Virus record (IMG/VR): IMGVR_UViG_3300049489_000201
Length of the DNA stretch: 64,000 nucleotides
Strand: one strand, 5' to 3'
DNA from: an uncultured virus (IMG/VR IMGVR_UViG_3300049489_000201)
Lineage: Duplodnaviria; Heunggongvirae; Uroviricota; Caudoviricetes
The notes beneath the pieces were generated by a model. The model searched no databases. It was not told the origin of the DNA and worked only from the letters and a program-made list of their open reading frames with translations. The translations under genes and the position numbers were made by a program. This document shows, piece after piece, positions 1 to 8,282 of this stretch; the stretch's first letter is position 1, and each line of letters opens with the position of its first letter.

Positions 1-30
1 CTCGACGCGCTCGACGCCGCTGAGGCCGAG

Positions 31-300
31 GTGGAGCGGCTGACCGAGAAGGCCGCGCGGCTGCAAGAGATCGTCGCCACCCGCCCGCCACTGGACTACC
101 GGGCCGCTGAGGCTCGCCTGGCCCGGCTGACACCCGACGACGAGGCGCTGGTCGAGGCGGTGGCGCGCGACGTGATCGCGGAGTGGCAGCGGGTAGAGCC
201 CGACCACCCCATCACCAAGTACCCGGCGTCCTACACGGCGACGTTCGTTGACCTCGCCCGCGCGGCTATCGCCGCCATCGCGCGGGAGGTGAACGGCTGA
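31..300 (+). CDS. hypothetical protein (frame is open to the window edge, so the true start may lie upstream)
   Basis: GC-rich ORF; TGA overlaps the next ATG. Confidence 0.6.
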   Translation: MERLTEKAARLQEIVATRPPLDYRAAEARLARLTPDDEALVEAVARDVIAEWQRVEPDHPITKYPASYTATFVDLARAAIAAIAREVNG

Positions 301-521
301 TGACCGCCTACGACACCCCGCAGGTCGGCGTCGGCATCCTGTGCCGCGTCAGGCTTCATCGCTGGGACATCTGCTCGTGGAACTTCGCGGGCCACCAGTC
401 GACGCGCTCGCGCCGCTGCCTGCGGTGCTGGCGGATCGAGTCGCAGGCTCTGTCGTACTTCGGCAAGCCGCGCGGGCGCTGGGCGTTCGACTGCTACGTC
501 ATCCCGCGGGGTGCGTCGTGA
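300..521 (+). CDS. hypothetical Cys-containing protein
   Basis: GGAGG RBS; TGATG coupling; CxxC motif. Confidence 0.6.
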   Translation: MTAYDTPQVGVGILCRVRLHRWDICSWNFAGHQSTRSRRCLRCWRIESQALSYFGKPRGRWAFDCYVIPRGAS

Positions 522-850
522 CCGCGCGGGATGAGGCCGTCCAGGCCGTGACCGAGGCGCTGTTCGCTCGCGGGCAGGTCGCCTGCGAGTTCCACGGCGG
601 CACCCTCTACGACGAGTGCTCGTCCTGCTGCGGCCTCGCTGACGAGTTGCACCGCGACGCGCTGGTCGCCGTGACCACTGCGTGGCCGCTCATCGCTGAG
701 GCCGTGGCCCGGCGAATCGATCAAGCCTGGGCGGTCGTGGCTGACAGTGCGCCCAACCCTGGCCGCAGCCGCGAAGTGCAGGGCTTCCTCGATGGCATGG
801 AGGCGGCTGAGGACATCGCTCGCAACGTGGGACGGGAGGTCTCCGGATGA
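518..850 (+). CDS. hypothetical protein (start re-called at GTG 518)
   Basis: GTGA overlap with previous stop; CxxH...CxxC. Confidence 0.55.
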   Translation: MTARDEAVQAVTEALFARGQVACEFHGGTLYDECSSCCGLADELHRDALVAVTTAWPLIAEAVARRIDQAWAVVADSAPNPGRSREVQGFLDGMEAAEDIARNVGREVSG

Positions 851-1092
851 CCGCCTACGACGAAGCCGAGCGGGCCGCCCACGAGGCGCTGTGCAACCTG
901 CCCGCGCAGAGGTGGAACGCCCGTGACGCCGCCGTCGCTGTCGTGGTGCCGATCCTCGCGGAGCACTTCGCGCAGGCGGTAGAGGACGCAGCCGACGAGA
1001 CGTTCGCCACGCACGATGCGGCATACGCCGATGCCCTGCACGACGCCGCCCGCGTCATCCGTGACCTGACCCCAACCAAGGAGAACCGATGA
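847..1092 (+). CDS. hypothetical protein
   Basis: GGAGG RBS; ATGA overlap. Confidence 0.6.
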   Translation: MTAYDEAERAAHEALCNLPAQRWNARDAAVAVVVPILAEHFAQAVEDAADETFATHDAAYADALHDAARVIRDLTPTKENR

Positions 1093-1330
1093 ACCCCGCG
1101 CTCTGGTCCTGGCTGCTCACCGCCGTTGGTGTGACCGGGCTCTACCTCGCCGGACGCAAGGTCTGGTGGGCCTGGTTCGTCGGCCTCGGTGCGCAGGTGC
1201 TGTGGCTGGCCTACGCCGTCGCCACCAAGCAGTACGGCTTCCTCGTCTCGGCTTTCGCCTACGGCTGGGTCTACGCGAAGAACGGTCGTGCGTGGCTCCG
1301 GGAGCACCGCGACCTGACCCCAACCAAGGA
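1063..1330 (+). repeat. 20-bp direct repeat GACCTGACCCCAACCAAGGA at 1063-1082 and 1311-1330
   Basis: exact match flanking the PnuC-like gene. Confidence 0.9.
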
Positions 1331-1340
1331 AGTCACATGA
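1089..1340 (+). CDS. PnuC-like small membrane protein
   Basis: three hydrophobic segments; WxWxVG..Q..W..Y....QYG pattern typical of short phage PnuC-like proteins; AAGGAG RBS. Confidence 0.55.
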   Translation: MNPALWSWLLTAVGVTGLYLAGRKVWWAWFVGLGAQVLWLAYAVATKQYGFLVSAFAYGWVYAKNGRAWLREHRDLTPTKEVT

Positions 1341-1495
1341 AAATATGCACAGACTTTGATTCAACTATGTCTGAATGCTGCGCCAAGTGTCACAGCGATG
1401 CCGAAGAAAACCTAGCCATGCTGATGTATGTCGGCAAAGACTGGTATGTATGCTGTAACGTATATTCGATTATTAAGGCGGAAGAAAATGGCTGA
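1337..1495 (+). CDS. small Cys-rich protein
   Basis: ATGA overlap; CCxxCH...CC. Confidence 0.55.
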   Translation: MKICTDFDSTMSECCAKCHSDAEENLAMLMYVGKDWYVCCNVYSIIKAEENG

Positions 1496-1694
1496 CTATA
1501 AGTCAGATAACCCACGCATGACAGCAGCAGAATACGAACCGCTGTATCGCGCTGAGGTCAGGAAGAATGAAAAATACCTGCGTGCCATTAAAGATCTTGT
1601 GGGCGCTCTAAATGAAACGATTCAGTTTATTGCTGAGGAGTCTGGGCAGGAACCAATCGTTTTCTCCGTGCAGGAAATTTTGGACCAAGCATGA
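1488..1694 (+). CDS. hypothetical protein
   Basis: ORF from MADYKS; overlaps neighbours. Confidence 0.55.
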   Translation: MADYKSDNPRMTAAEYEPLYRAEVRKNEKYLRAIKDLVGALNETIQFIAEESGQEPIVFSVQEILDQA

Positions 1695-1888
1695 GTCACG
1701 GAAGCGGAGGGGCGATGGATCTTAACTGGTCCCGCCCGATGGAGCCAACTCCGATCTACGACCAGTTGGTAAAAGACCTTGACCCTGAGGTTGCCCGCAT
1801 AGTAGACTTGGCCGTGGACCTAATGGGGTTCGAAGCCGCCATGCGCCAGGTTGGCCAGGCGATCCGAGAATTTAAGGGACGGTTATGA
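1691..1888 (+). CDS. hypothetical protein
   Basis: ATGA-coupled ORF. Confidence 0.5.
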   Translation: MSHGSGGAMDLNWSRPMEPTPIYDQLVKDLDPEVARIVDLAVDLMGFEAAMRQVGQAIREFKGRL

Positions 1889-2232
1889 CAGCAACACTCG
1901 TAGAAACGCCAGGTGCAAAGCGCCTAAGTGTCACCTTGCTTGACGGTATCGTGACGATCAAGGAATCCCGCGAAGGCTTCGTTGGTTGGATCGTTGAGTC
2001 TATGGCTGGTAGTTTTACTGGCTCAGTATACTCAAGCACAACTGATAACGTCTTCATCGACCCTAAGGGCAAGAAGGTTTGGCGCATCAACGACACTACG
2101 CACGGTAGTCACGAGTGGCAGTTTGCCACCGACTCGCTGACAATGGTGGTCACGGTGGACAAGGATCTGCCAACAGAGCGCATGTTTATGTTGCTTGATG
2201 GTGTTTCTTCTGTGGAGGTAGAGCAGTCGTGA
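1885..2232 (+). CDS. hypothetical protein
   Basis: 115-aa ORF tightly packed in operon. Confidence 0.6.
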   Translation: MTATLVETPGAKRLSVTLLDGIVTIKESREGFVGWIVESMAGSFTGSVYSSTTDNVFIDPKGKKVWRINDTTHGSHEWQFATDSLTMVVTVDKDLPTERMFMLLDGVSSVEVEQS

Positions 2233-2369
2233 ACGATTTTATTGACTGGGATTACGTTGCAGCCGACTTTGTTACGCTGATGAAGCAGATTTATGCCAAG
2301 GGATATAATGCCGGGCGGGCTGATGAGGCAGCCAAGCATCCCACCAACAACGGTAACGAAAATGTCTAG
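2229..2369 (+). CDS. hypothetical 46-aa protein
   Basis: GTGA overlap; GGAGG upstream; fills gap. Confidence 0.45.
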   Translation: MNDFIDWDYVAADFVTLMKQIYAKGYNAGRADEAAKHPTNNGNENV

Positions 2370-2371
2370 CA

Positions 2372-2608
2372 ATGAAATACAAGATCGCTAAACGCACACG
2401 CTACCTTGACGATAGCAATTGCTGGGCCTTGTGGCGTCGCTGGGACGAGAAAGACACCTGGTGGAAGGTAGCAGTCGTAGATGAATTTACAGAGGCTGTA
2501 GATTTTATGGAGCGGGTAGCCAAATCTGACTCCCGATGCTTCTACTGCAACTATGAACGCGATACGCAGAACCATCAGTTGGGCTGCAAGTACGGATCAC
2601 AAACTTAG
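2372..2608 (+). CDS. hypothetical protein
   Basis: CxxC...H...C at C-terminus. Confidence 0.55.
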   Translation: MKYKIAKRTRYLDDSNCWALWRRWDEKDTWWKVAVVDEFTEAVDFMERVAKSDSRCFYCNYERDTQNHQLGCKYGSQT

Positions 2609-2615
2609 GAGTAAT

Positions 2616-3017
2616 ATGAACAAGCGAATTAAGCGCGTCGTGGGCCTTGGCCTGGCGGGGCTAGTAGTAATGACTGGCGTAAGCGCCTGTGCAAAGGACG
2701 CCGACGTGGTGTCCAGCAACCTGTCGAATGCCGCTGATAACTTTGAGATTCAGCGTCGCATCGTGTTCTATAACGGAATCACGGGCGACTACATGCTGGA
2801 AATCACTGGCCTGTGCAGCCTGGGTAACAACGACCAGCCAAACCGGCTATCAGTGACCTGTAAGACTGGTCCCACCGAATACAAGAAGAATTTTCTTGGT
2901 TTGTCTGACAACGTGACGTTCTTCGTTGAGCAGATCGAGGGCGCAACTGCATCGCCGTACAACTACCGCGTGACGTTCAAGCCTTCGGTTATCATTCCTG
3001 ACATCGACAAGAGGTAA
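2616..3017 (+). CDS. conserved phage lipoprotein
   Basis: AGGAG RBS; signal peptide with VSAC lipobox; ADNFEIQRRIVFYNGITG motif. Confidence 0.7.
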   Translation: MNKRIKRVVGLGLAGLVVMTGVSACAKDADVVSSNLSNAADNFEIQRRIVFYNGITGDYMLEITGLCSLGNNDQPNRLSVTCKTGPTEYKKNFLGLSDNVTFFVEQIEGATASPYNYRVTFKPSVIIPDIDKR

Positions 3018-3019
3018 TC

Positions 3020-3175
3020 ATGGACTTTACCAGTAGTTATGAGTTGGCTGCTATCGACATGGCAGAAAAGGCAACTGATGATTTCGTGCGCGGTGATCTG
3101 GCAACAGCAGACTTCCGTATGCGTATCGCTCAGGTGTATGCCACACTAGCCGCTGGCGGGTTTGTTCCGTCGTGA
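3020..3175 (+). CDS. hypothetical 51-aa protein
   Basis: GAGG RBS; fills gap. Confidence 0.5.
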   Translation: MDFTSSYELAAIDMAEKATDDFVRGDLATADFRMRIAQVYATLAAGGFVPS

Positions 3176-3342
3176 GGCAGTCGTTTTGTGAATTAAACGA
3201 CGAGGAACTCCCTGTTCTTTGGCGGGAAGCACGAGAAAGATTCCGTAGCGCCCTCGATCCTCTAGATCAAGAAACCCTAGACAGGGAGCGTGATCTCATG
3301 TATGATCTGTTCAACGAGATGGCGGTGCGAGGGATTATATGA
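3172..3342 (+). CDS. hypothetical 56-aa protein
   Basis: GTGA and ATGA coupling at both ends. Confidence 0.45.
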   Translation: MRQSFCELNDEELPVLWREARERFRSALDPLDQETLDRERDLMYDLFNEMAVRGII

Positions 3343-3551
3343 GCGAGATTGATCTTGTAGATTTGATTGACTCAAAAATCTACCACACGCTACGCAACCT
3401 GGGCTACGGTCCAGTAAACCAGGACAAGTTCGAAGAACTGGTTCAAAGACTTACATCGGCTGCGCTAGATGCGCTGGACGAGTATAGCGATATTGTCGAA
3501 GCACAGTATCAGGACAGCCCTATATGGGCGGAAAAGAGTGACAATGGGTGA
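3339..3551 (+). CDS. hypothetical protein
   Basis: coupled ORF. Confidence 0.55.
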   Translation: MSEIDLVDLIDSKIYHTLRNLGYGPVNQDKFEELVQRLTSAALDALDEYSDIVEAQYQDSPIWAEKSDNG

Positions 3552-3912
3552 CAGGCACAACGTTGGTATCCGTACCGATGGACACGTACTATTTATCTAT
3601 TCGCACTGGGGCTTCGATAGCCCTAAGTCGGGCGGAGGTTTCCTAGAGAACGTAGCCACCGCACTAAATTCTGCCAAGCCACGATGGAATGACCCTGCGT
3701 ATGGTACCAGGATTGTTACGGCTTCGCTTCTAGATGGCACCGCTGGTAGCGCACTTGGCTACGGCATCACCATCGACTGTCTGAGTGACAACGAGCACAA
3801 GATCCCTGTTATCGATTGGGAAACCCAGCGGGTGTATCTCACCGAGGACGGGAAAAAGGCTACGACTGTCGTGTCATGGACGTTTGATGAGTTCGTTCAA
3901 AAGTACGCCTAA
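3544..3912 (+). CDS. conserved hypothetical phage protein
   Basis: MGDR...IYSHWG motif recalled from actinophage proteins. Confidence 0.65.
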   Translation: MGDRHNVGIRTDGHVLFIYSHWGFDSPKSGGGFLENVATALNSAKPRWNDPAYGTRIVTASLLDGTAGSALGYGITIDCLSDNEHKIPVIDWETQRVYLTEDGKKATTVVSWTFDEFVQKYA

Positions 3913-4066
3913 AGTCAAAGTCGGGGATAAAATTACTCTGACGGGAACCATCAAGGCAATCGGTCCAGGCTACCTTGGCTCAGATAGAATGCAGGCTCTA
4001 GTCATCATTGATAATAAGTTCGATTTTGACACTGAGTTAAGAATCGATCTAGAACTTATTTCGTAG
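3887..4066 (+). CDS. hypothetical protein
   Basis: KVGDKITLTGTI small beta domain. Confidence 0.45.
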   Translation: MSSFKSTPKVKVGDKITLTGTIKAIGPGYLGSDRMQALVIIDNKFDFDTELRIDLELIS

Positions 4067-4078
4067 TATAATTGCAGT

Positions 4079-4735
4079 ATGTCAATGGCCCTGGCAATCA
4101 GACAGAACGGCGTCGTCTACATGGCGGTCGATTCTGTAGCCGCGTCAGCAGACACCACCGTGATTCGTAAAGAAACAAAGATGTTCTGGAACGGTGAGTA
4201 CCTCATCGCATTCGTGGGTAGTTTCAGGTACGGGCAGGCTGTAAAATTCTGCTCACTACCCACGTTTCCAGAAAATCTGCTCACGGAAAATCTGCCTGAA
4301 AATTCTGCCACCGGAAAATCTGCTTACGAAAATCTGCCACAGGAAAATCTGCTTGAGCGATGGTTCGTAACTGAGTGGATTCCCAATATCAAGTCAGCCA
4401 TGTGGGACGGCGGGGTGGACTCGGAAGACATTGACTGTTCTAGTATGCTCGTAGCCGTAGGTCCGTGGCTGTTGGTAGTAGAAGGATTCCAGGTCAGTAG
4501 TTACCAGCATAATCATGCAGCCCTAGGCGTAGCCGAGCAGGCTGGCCTGGTCGGCTTGGACGTATTATCCAGGGCGGGGATCAAGAAAATAGAAGACATA
4601 CTAGTATATACACTAGATAGTATAGAACAACATAGTATCTATGTTAAACGTCCTTGGTATGTAGCGAATACTGGACAGACACCAGAAGTTATACACAACA
4701 AAACAGAGTTATCCACAGGTTATCCACAGAATTAA
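4079..4735 (+). CDS. Ntn-hydrolase (HslV/proteasome-beta-like) protein
   Basis: N-terminal S-hydrophobic...VYMAVDS...KMF...YLIAFVGS pattern; leaderless promoter TCGATC-17-TATAAT-6-ATG. Confidence 0.6.
   Translation: MSMALAIRQNGVVYMAVDSVAASADTTVIRKETKMFWNGEYLIAFVGSFRYGQAVKFCSLPTFPENLLTENLPENSATGKSAYENLPQENLLERWFVTEWIPNIKSAMWDGGVDSEDIDCSSMLVAVGPWLLVVEGFQVSSYQHNHAALGVAEQAGLVGLDVLSRAGIKKIEDILVYTLDSIEQHSIYVKRPWYVANTGQTPEVIHNKTELSTGYPQN
4271..4352 (+). repeat. six tandem GAAAA(T)TCTGC copies inside the CDS
   Basis: starts at 4271, 4286, 4298, 4314, 4328, 4343. Confidence 0.9.
4689..4728 (+). promoter_or_regulatory. three co-oriented DnaA-box matches
   Basis: TTATACACA 4689, TTATCCACA 4709, TTATCCACA 4720; all fit TTWTNCACA. 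Confidence 0.55.
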
Positions 4736-5310
4736 CAAGATCACCACCGTGATATCTTGATCAGATGTAAAACATTCTAGACATGTGTGTTATTGGCGTA
4801 ATTAATATGCGGTCGTAAAGGCCCAAAAACACCGCAAATGAGGCTTAAAACGTCCAGAAACGCCGCATTCTAGGTTCTATATATGTAGAAACACCGGAAA
4901 AACGGCAGGCATAGCCCAGAACTGCCGCATTTGCGGACCAAACAAGGTCTACATACAGCATAGGGAGTGTTTTACCTATACTAGAACGTGTTTTCATGGT
5001 TCCTCCTCCCGCCCCGCAGGGGGCGGCGGGTCTTAAGAGACAGTACCTATACTAGTATACTCAGACACAAGTCTTGTTTGTATATACTAGGGGAAAACGA
5101 TAAGAATGATCTTGGTAACCTACGCATATAGGTACAATTCGGACATTATTCAGGGATAATTTATGGTCTTCGTAATCCCAGCGAATTCCAGCGATTTTCG
5201 TAATATAAATTCCAGCGATTTTTCGGAGATTTCGTAATGTCTTCGTAAATAGGGTGGGGTCGCGGGCCGGTCTTGGCCCGCAGGGCCCAGACCTGTCAAG
5301 ATCTAAAGGG

Positions 5311-5410
5311 TAGAAATTCGGCGGCGGGAGGATCACAACTCCAACGCTCTTGGTTATCAGACTTGGGTGACTCAGCAACACCCTTGAGCAGCCTGACCGC
5401 CGAACCCCTA
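5311..5410 (-). ncRNA. candidate structured RNA / 3' element
   Basis: closing stem TAGGGGTTCGGCGG/CCGCCGAATTTCTA with inner stems TCAGGCT/AGTCTGA, GGGTG/CACCC, GGAG/CTCC. Confidence 0.45.
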
Positions 5411-5418
5411 TTTAGTTG

Positions 5419-5562
5419 TTACTTGCGACCCACGATGACCGTGGTCACCGCAGCCGTCTGGTTGGTTGCACCCAGAAGCCGACCGGCCTCGTCGCGCACG
5501 ACGGCCTTGGTCACGGCACCCTTGCGGGTCTTCCAGTTCTCGGTACGGACGACAAGAGCCAT
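5419..5562 (-). CDS. small basic protein (47 aa)
   Basis: GAGGGAG RBS; MALVVRTENWKTRKG... Confidence 0.6.
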   Translation of the reverse strand: MALVVRTENWKTRKGAVTKAVVRDEAGRLLGATNQTAAVTTVIVGRK

Positions 5563-5564
5563 TG

Positions 5565-5750
5565 TTATTCTCCCTCTAGGATGGTGTTGAGGATACCGTC
5601 TGCGATATCCAGCGCTTCGTCTTCGTCTTCCTCCGTGGCGGTTCCCGCCAGGATTGCCTCAGCCAGTTCGCCGAGACGGTCTGGGTAACCCAGTTCCTCG
5701 CGGAACTCGGGCTTCACCCAATTTTCTGCTAGTGCCTCAATCGCTCTCAT
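5565..5750 (-). CDS. hypothetical acidic protein
   Basis: AAGG RBS; operon packing. Confidence 0.6.
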   Translation of the reverse strand: MRAIEALAENWVKPEFREELGYPDRLGELAEAILAGTATEEDEDEALDIADGILNTILEGE

Positions 5751-5759
5751 GGTTATACC

Positions 5760-6038
5760 TTACCAGTCATCGAACGGGCTGTCAAGACCTGTCACGTATC
5801 GATGTAGGCCAGAGAGGAACCTGATGTTGGCTGCGTCCTCTGGCTTCATTACGTGGTACCCGTTTGTCCACTCGATGTGATTGACGTTGGCGATTGCGAT
5901 GATGAGTCGCACCAGGTTGGACTTGACTGCTGGCGAAAACTCACACGTACCGGAGGCTACCTGGTAGACATTGATGTCAACTCTTCCGAGCGCATCACCC
6001 ATCTGCTTTACTAGCCGACCTTCGTTAGACTGAGCCAT
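5760..6038 (-). CDS. hypothetical protein
   Basis: AGGA RBS; operon packing. Confidence 0.6.
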   Translation of the reverse strand: MAQSNEGRLVKQMGDALGRVDINVYQVASGTCEFSPAVKSNLVRLIIAIANVNHIEWTNGYHVMKPEDAANIRFLSGLHRYVTGLDSPFDDW

Positions 6039-6050
6039 GGTTGGATCCTA

Positions 6051-6563
6051 TCAGAGTGGATCGGTCTGGTCAAGGATTTTAACGACCATTGAAGGTGGCT
6101 TCGGGCCAGGCGAACAGGAGCACCAGGAGATGTGCTTAGCGCACCGACGACACATTGAAAACCCGATTTTGGTACCTCGGTCATCTTCACCGTACATCGT
6201 CGCTGTCTGCCTAGTACGGACAGATGGCTTAACTGTATAGACCTTGGGAGTCTCAGCCAGTCCCGTCGCATCCTGCTTGCCGTATGCCTTGATCACGTCG
6301 GAAGGAATTCTCCCGCGCTCGCCGACCTTGATGCCGTTGTCAGCAGCCCACGAGCGGATCAAACTCGATTCACTTGTGGGCTTGCTAGGCTGGGAGGGCT
6401 TATCGCCCTCCGTCGCCACCTCCTTGACCGGCTTTACCGGCTCGTCAAAGATCTGCCCGGCTGCCTCAGCAGCAGCCAGAGCCTCGGTTGCTTCCTTGCT
6501 GAATCGGCCACGGCCTGGCTTAGCCAGTCCTAGACCGACGAGATAGTCTCGCTTCGTTGCCAT
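6051..6563 (-). CDS. Lsr2-like DNA-binding protein with C-terminal Cys cluster
   Basis: IRSWAADNGIKVGERGRIPSDVIKAY matches the Lsr2 DNA-binding domain; extra N-terminal GRGRFS; CxxC...CxC. Confidence 0.8.
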   Translation of the reverse strand: MATKRDYLVGLGLAKPGRGRFSKEATEALAAAEAAGQIFDEPVKPVKEVATEGDKPSQPSKPTSESSLIRSWAADNGIKVGERGRIPSDVIKAYGKQDATGLAETPKVYTVKPSVRTRQTATMYGEDDRGTKIGFSMCRRCAKHISWCSCSPGPKPPSMVVKILDQTDPL

Positions 6564-6572
6564 GTGGTCCCC

Positions 6573-6767
6573 TTACGCGCGCTTCGAAAGCGCCTCGATG
6601 GTCTCGTCCGACAGACGACCACGAGCGTTCACGGGAACGCCGACCTCACGCGCGAACGCACGAGCCTCGGCGGGGTTCTTGCGAAGGTAGTCCACGATAG
6701 CCGAATTCGGAGTGCGGCCACGGCCAGTGAGACCGGCGTACGCACGAACAGCCTTACGGTTGAGCAT
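6573..6767 (-). CDS. small tandem Lsr2-like (RGR AT-hook) protein
   Basis: VRAYAGLTGRGRTP and ARAFAREVGVPVNARGRLS; GGAGG RBS; promoter TAGACA-17-TAAGAT. Confidence 0.7.
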   Translation of the reverse strand: MLNRKAVRAYAGLTGRGRTPNSAIVDYLRKNPAEARAFAREVGVPVNARGRLSDETIEALSKRA

Positions 6768-6837
6768 GATCCCTCCAAGGGGTCGTTGTCTTTTCTTGGT
6801 TCTATCTTAGCCTATCGGCTGGTCCCTGTCTAGGGTT

Positions 6838-7005
6838 TTACGTGTAAAGTTCGTAGTAAAGCGAGACGAGCACGCGCACGTCAGGGATCAGGTCGATGAA
6901 AGCCTGACGAATCTCGTCGTCGTCCCATGCATCACCCGACTCGTCCCAATCGTCTAGCACGTCCTCGACGCTGCCGACGATGACTCGGAGTTCTGACTTG
7001 TCCAC
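6838..7005 (-). CDS. hypothetical acidic protein (55 aa)
   Basis: TAGTG coupling to upstream gene. Confidence 0.5.
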   Translation of the reverse strand: MDKSELRVIVGSVEDVLDDWDESGDAWDDDEIRQAFIDLIPDVRVLVSLYYELYT

Positions 7006-7256
7006 TACTTGTCCAGAGCCCGCTGGATGGTGTCGCCAGGCTCAAACTCGGGGTTCGCAGCCTTTAGCGCAGCCACAACGTCACGCAGAGCCTGAGGCTT
7101 GCGGTTGGACTTAGTGATCCCGTCAGCGCGGGCAGCCTTTAGCGCAGACACGCGAGACATCTTCATGCCAGGCACGTTAATCTCAAACGCGAGCGCGTGA
7201 GCCATGCTAAGCATCCGAAAATACTGGATGCCCTCGGGGGTGTCGATCACGGTCAT
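7005..7256 (-). CDS. hypothetical protein (start re-called at 7256)
   Basis: GAGGAGG RBS; own promoter TTGACC...TACAGT. Confidence 0.7.
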   Translation of the reverse strand: MTVIDTPEGIQYFRMLSMAHALAFEINVPGMKMSRVSALKAARADGITKSNRKPQALRDVVAALKAANPEFEPGDTIQRALDK

Positions 7257-7381
7257 TTGGTTCCTCCTCGTTGTGTAGTGCAACTGTAGCATCTGCACAC
7301 GTCGGGGTCAATGGAAAATCCAGGGAAATTTAGATTGATTCGTAACTTGACAGCCTGCGCGTAGCGCGGGCTACTGGCCCG

Positions 7382-7414
7382 CCAGGGGCGGTGAGTCAAG
7401 CCCACCGCCCCTGG
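7382..7414 (-). terminator. GC-rich hairpin after rIIB-like gene
   Basis: CCAGGGGCGGTG...CACCGCCCCTGG inverted repeat. Confidence 0.6.
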
Positions 7415-7436
7415 TTCCTACACCACTAGGAGGGAG

Positions 7437-8282
7437 TCAGTTTTCCCAGTACGAATCGTCCTGGTCGTCGTTCCAGTCGGAAGCAACGGCATCGGGATCA
7501 CCGTTCCAGACCACCGAAGCGGTCCACTCGGACTCGGTGACTGCCACGACCTCGTACTTGCAGCAGCGGATCTTGTGAGCATCGGAAGGAACCGACACCA
7601 CGTCCGCAGGGTCGATCTTCACGGTCAGAAGCACACCGCGAGCAAACGAGGATGCGTACTGGTGAGTACCAGCGTGCAGACCGAACGAACAGTGAGACTG
7701 CGGGTCGTCGTCCACCTTGTGACGAGGAACCTCCACCACGTCGCCCACGTTGTTACGCAGCGAACCGTGCTCCACGACCTCGCCATTGACGATGCCGTAG
7801 CCCTGGTGGATCGACACGTAGTCACCCTCGTCGGACGAGGTAACGCCCTTGTAGGCGATCAGGAAACCGTCGTTGTCGAGGTTCAGGCCGTGACGCTCAA
7901 TCCACGCGAACAGCGAGTTACGCGAACGGTAACCGGGGTTGTTGTGGAGACGAGCGGCGAAGTTGGCGAACGGGGTCACGTTGCCCTTTTCGGCCAGGAC
8001 AGCCGAGATAGCAGCCGACAGGTTGGCCGAAACCGGCTCGCCGTCGTAGGTGACCTGACCATCGGCGTAGCCGAAGCCAGCACCGACCTCGCTCAGCGCG
8101 TTCGCGTAGAGAGCGTCGAGGTTGAGGTAGGACTTGGCGCGAGCCTCGTCCCCTGCGCGGCAGGCGTTGAGCACCGCACCGAAGTTGGCGTGCGAGTCGT
8201 CCACGATGACCGGACGGCCATTCAGTACGACGGTGATCTGACGGTGAGCACCGTCATTGGTGTACGAGTAACGGAGAGACAT
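7437..8282 (-). CDS. rIIB-like protein
   Basis: DGFLIAYKGV, VDDDP..HCSFGLHAG, VKIDPADVVSVP...KIRCCKYEV; adjacent to rIIA-like. Confidence 0.85.
   Translation of the reverse strand: MSLRYSYTNDGAHRQITVVLNGRPVIVDDSHANFGAVLNACRAGDEARAKSYLNLDALYANALSEVGAGFGYADGQVTYDGEPVSANLSAAISAVLAEKGNVTPFANFAARLHNNPGYRSRNSLFAWIERHGLNLDNDGFLIAYKGVTSSDEGDYVSIHQGYGIVNGEVVEHGSLRNNVGDVVEVPRHKVDDDPQSHCSFGLHAGTHQYASSFARGVLLTVKIDPADVVSVPSDAHKIRCCKYEVVAVTESEWTASVVWNGDPDAVASDWNDDQDDSYWEN

Noticed and set aside
2616..3017. Recombination directionality factor label sometimes given to this family
   Set aside because: It has a signal peptide and lipobox, and no integrase is in view.
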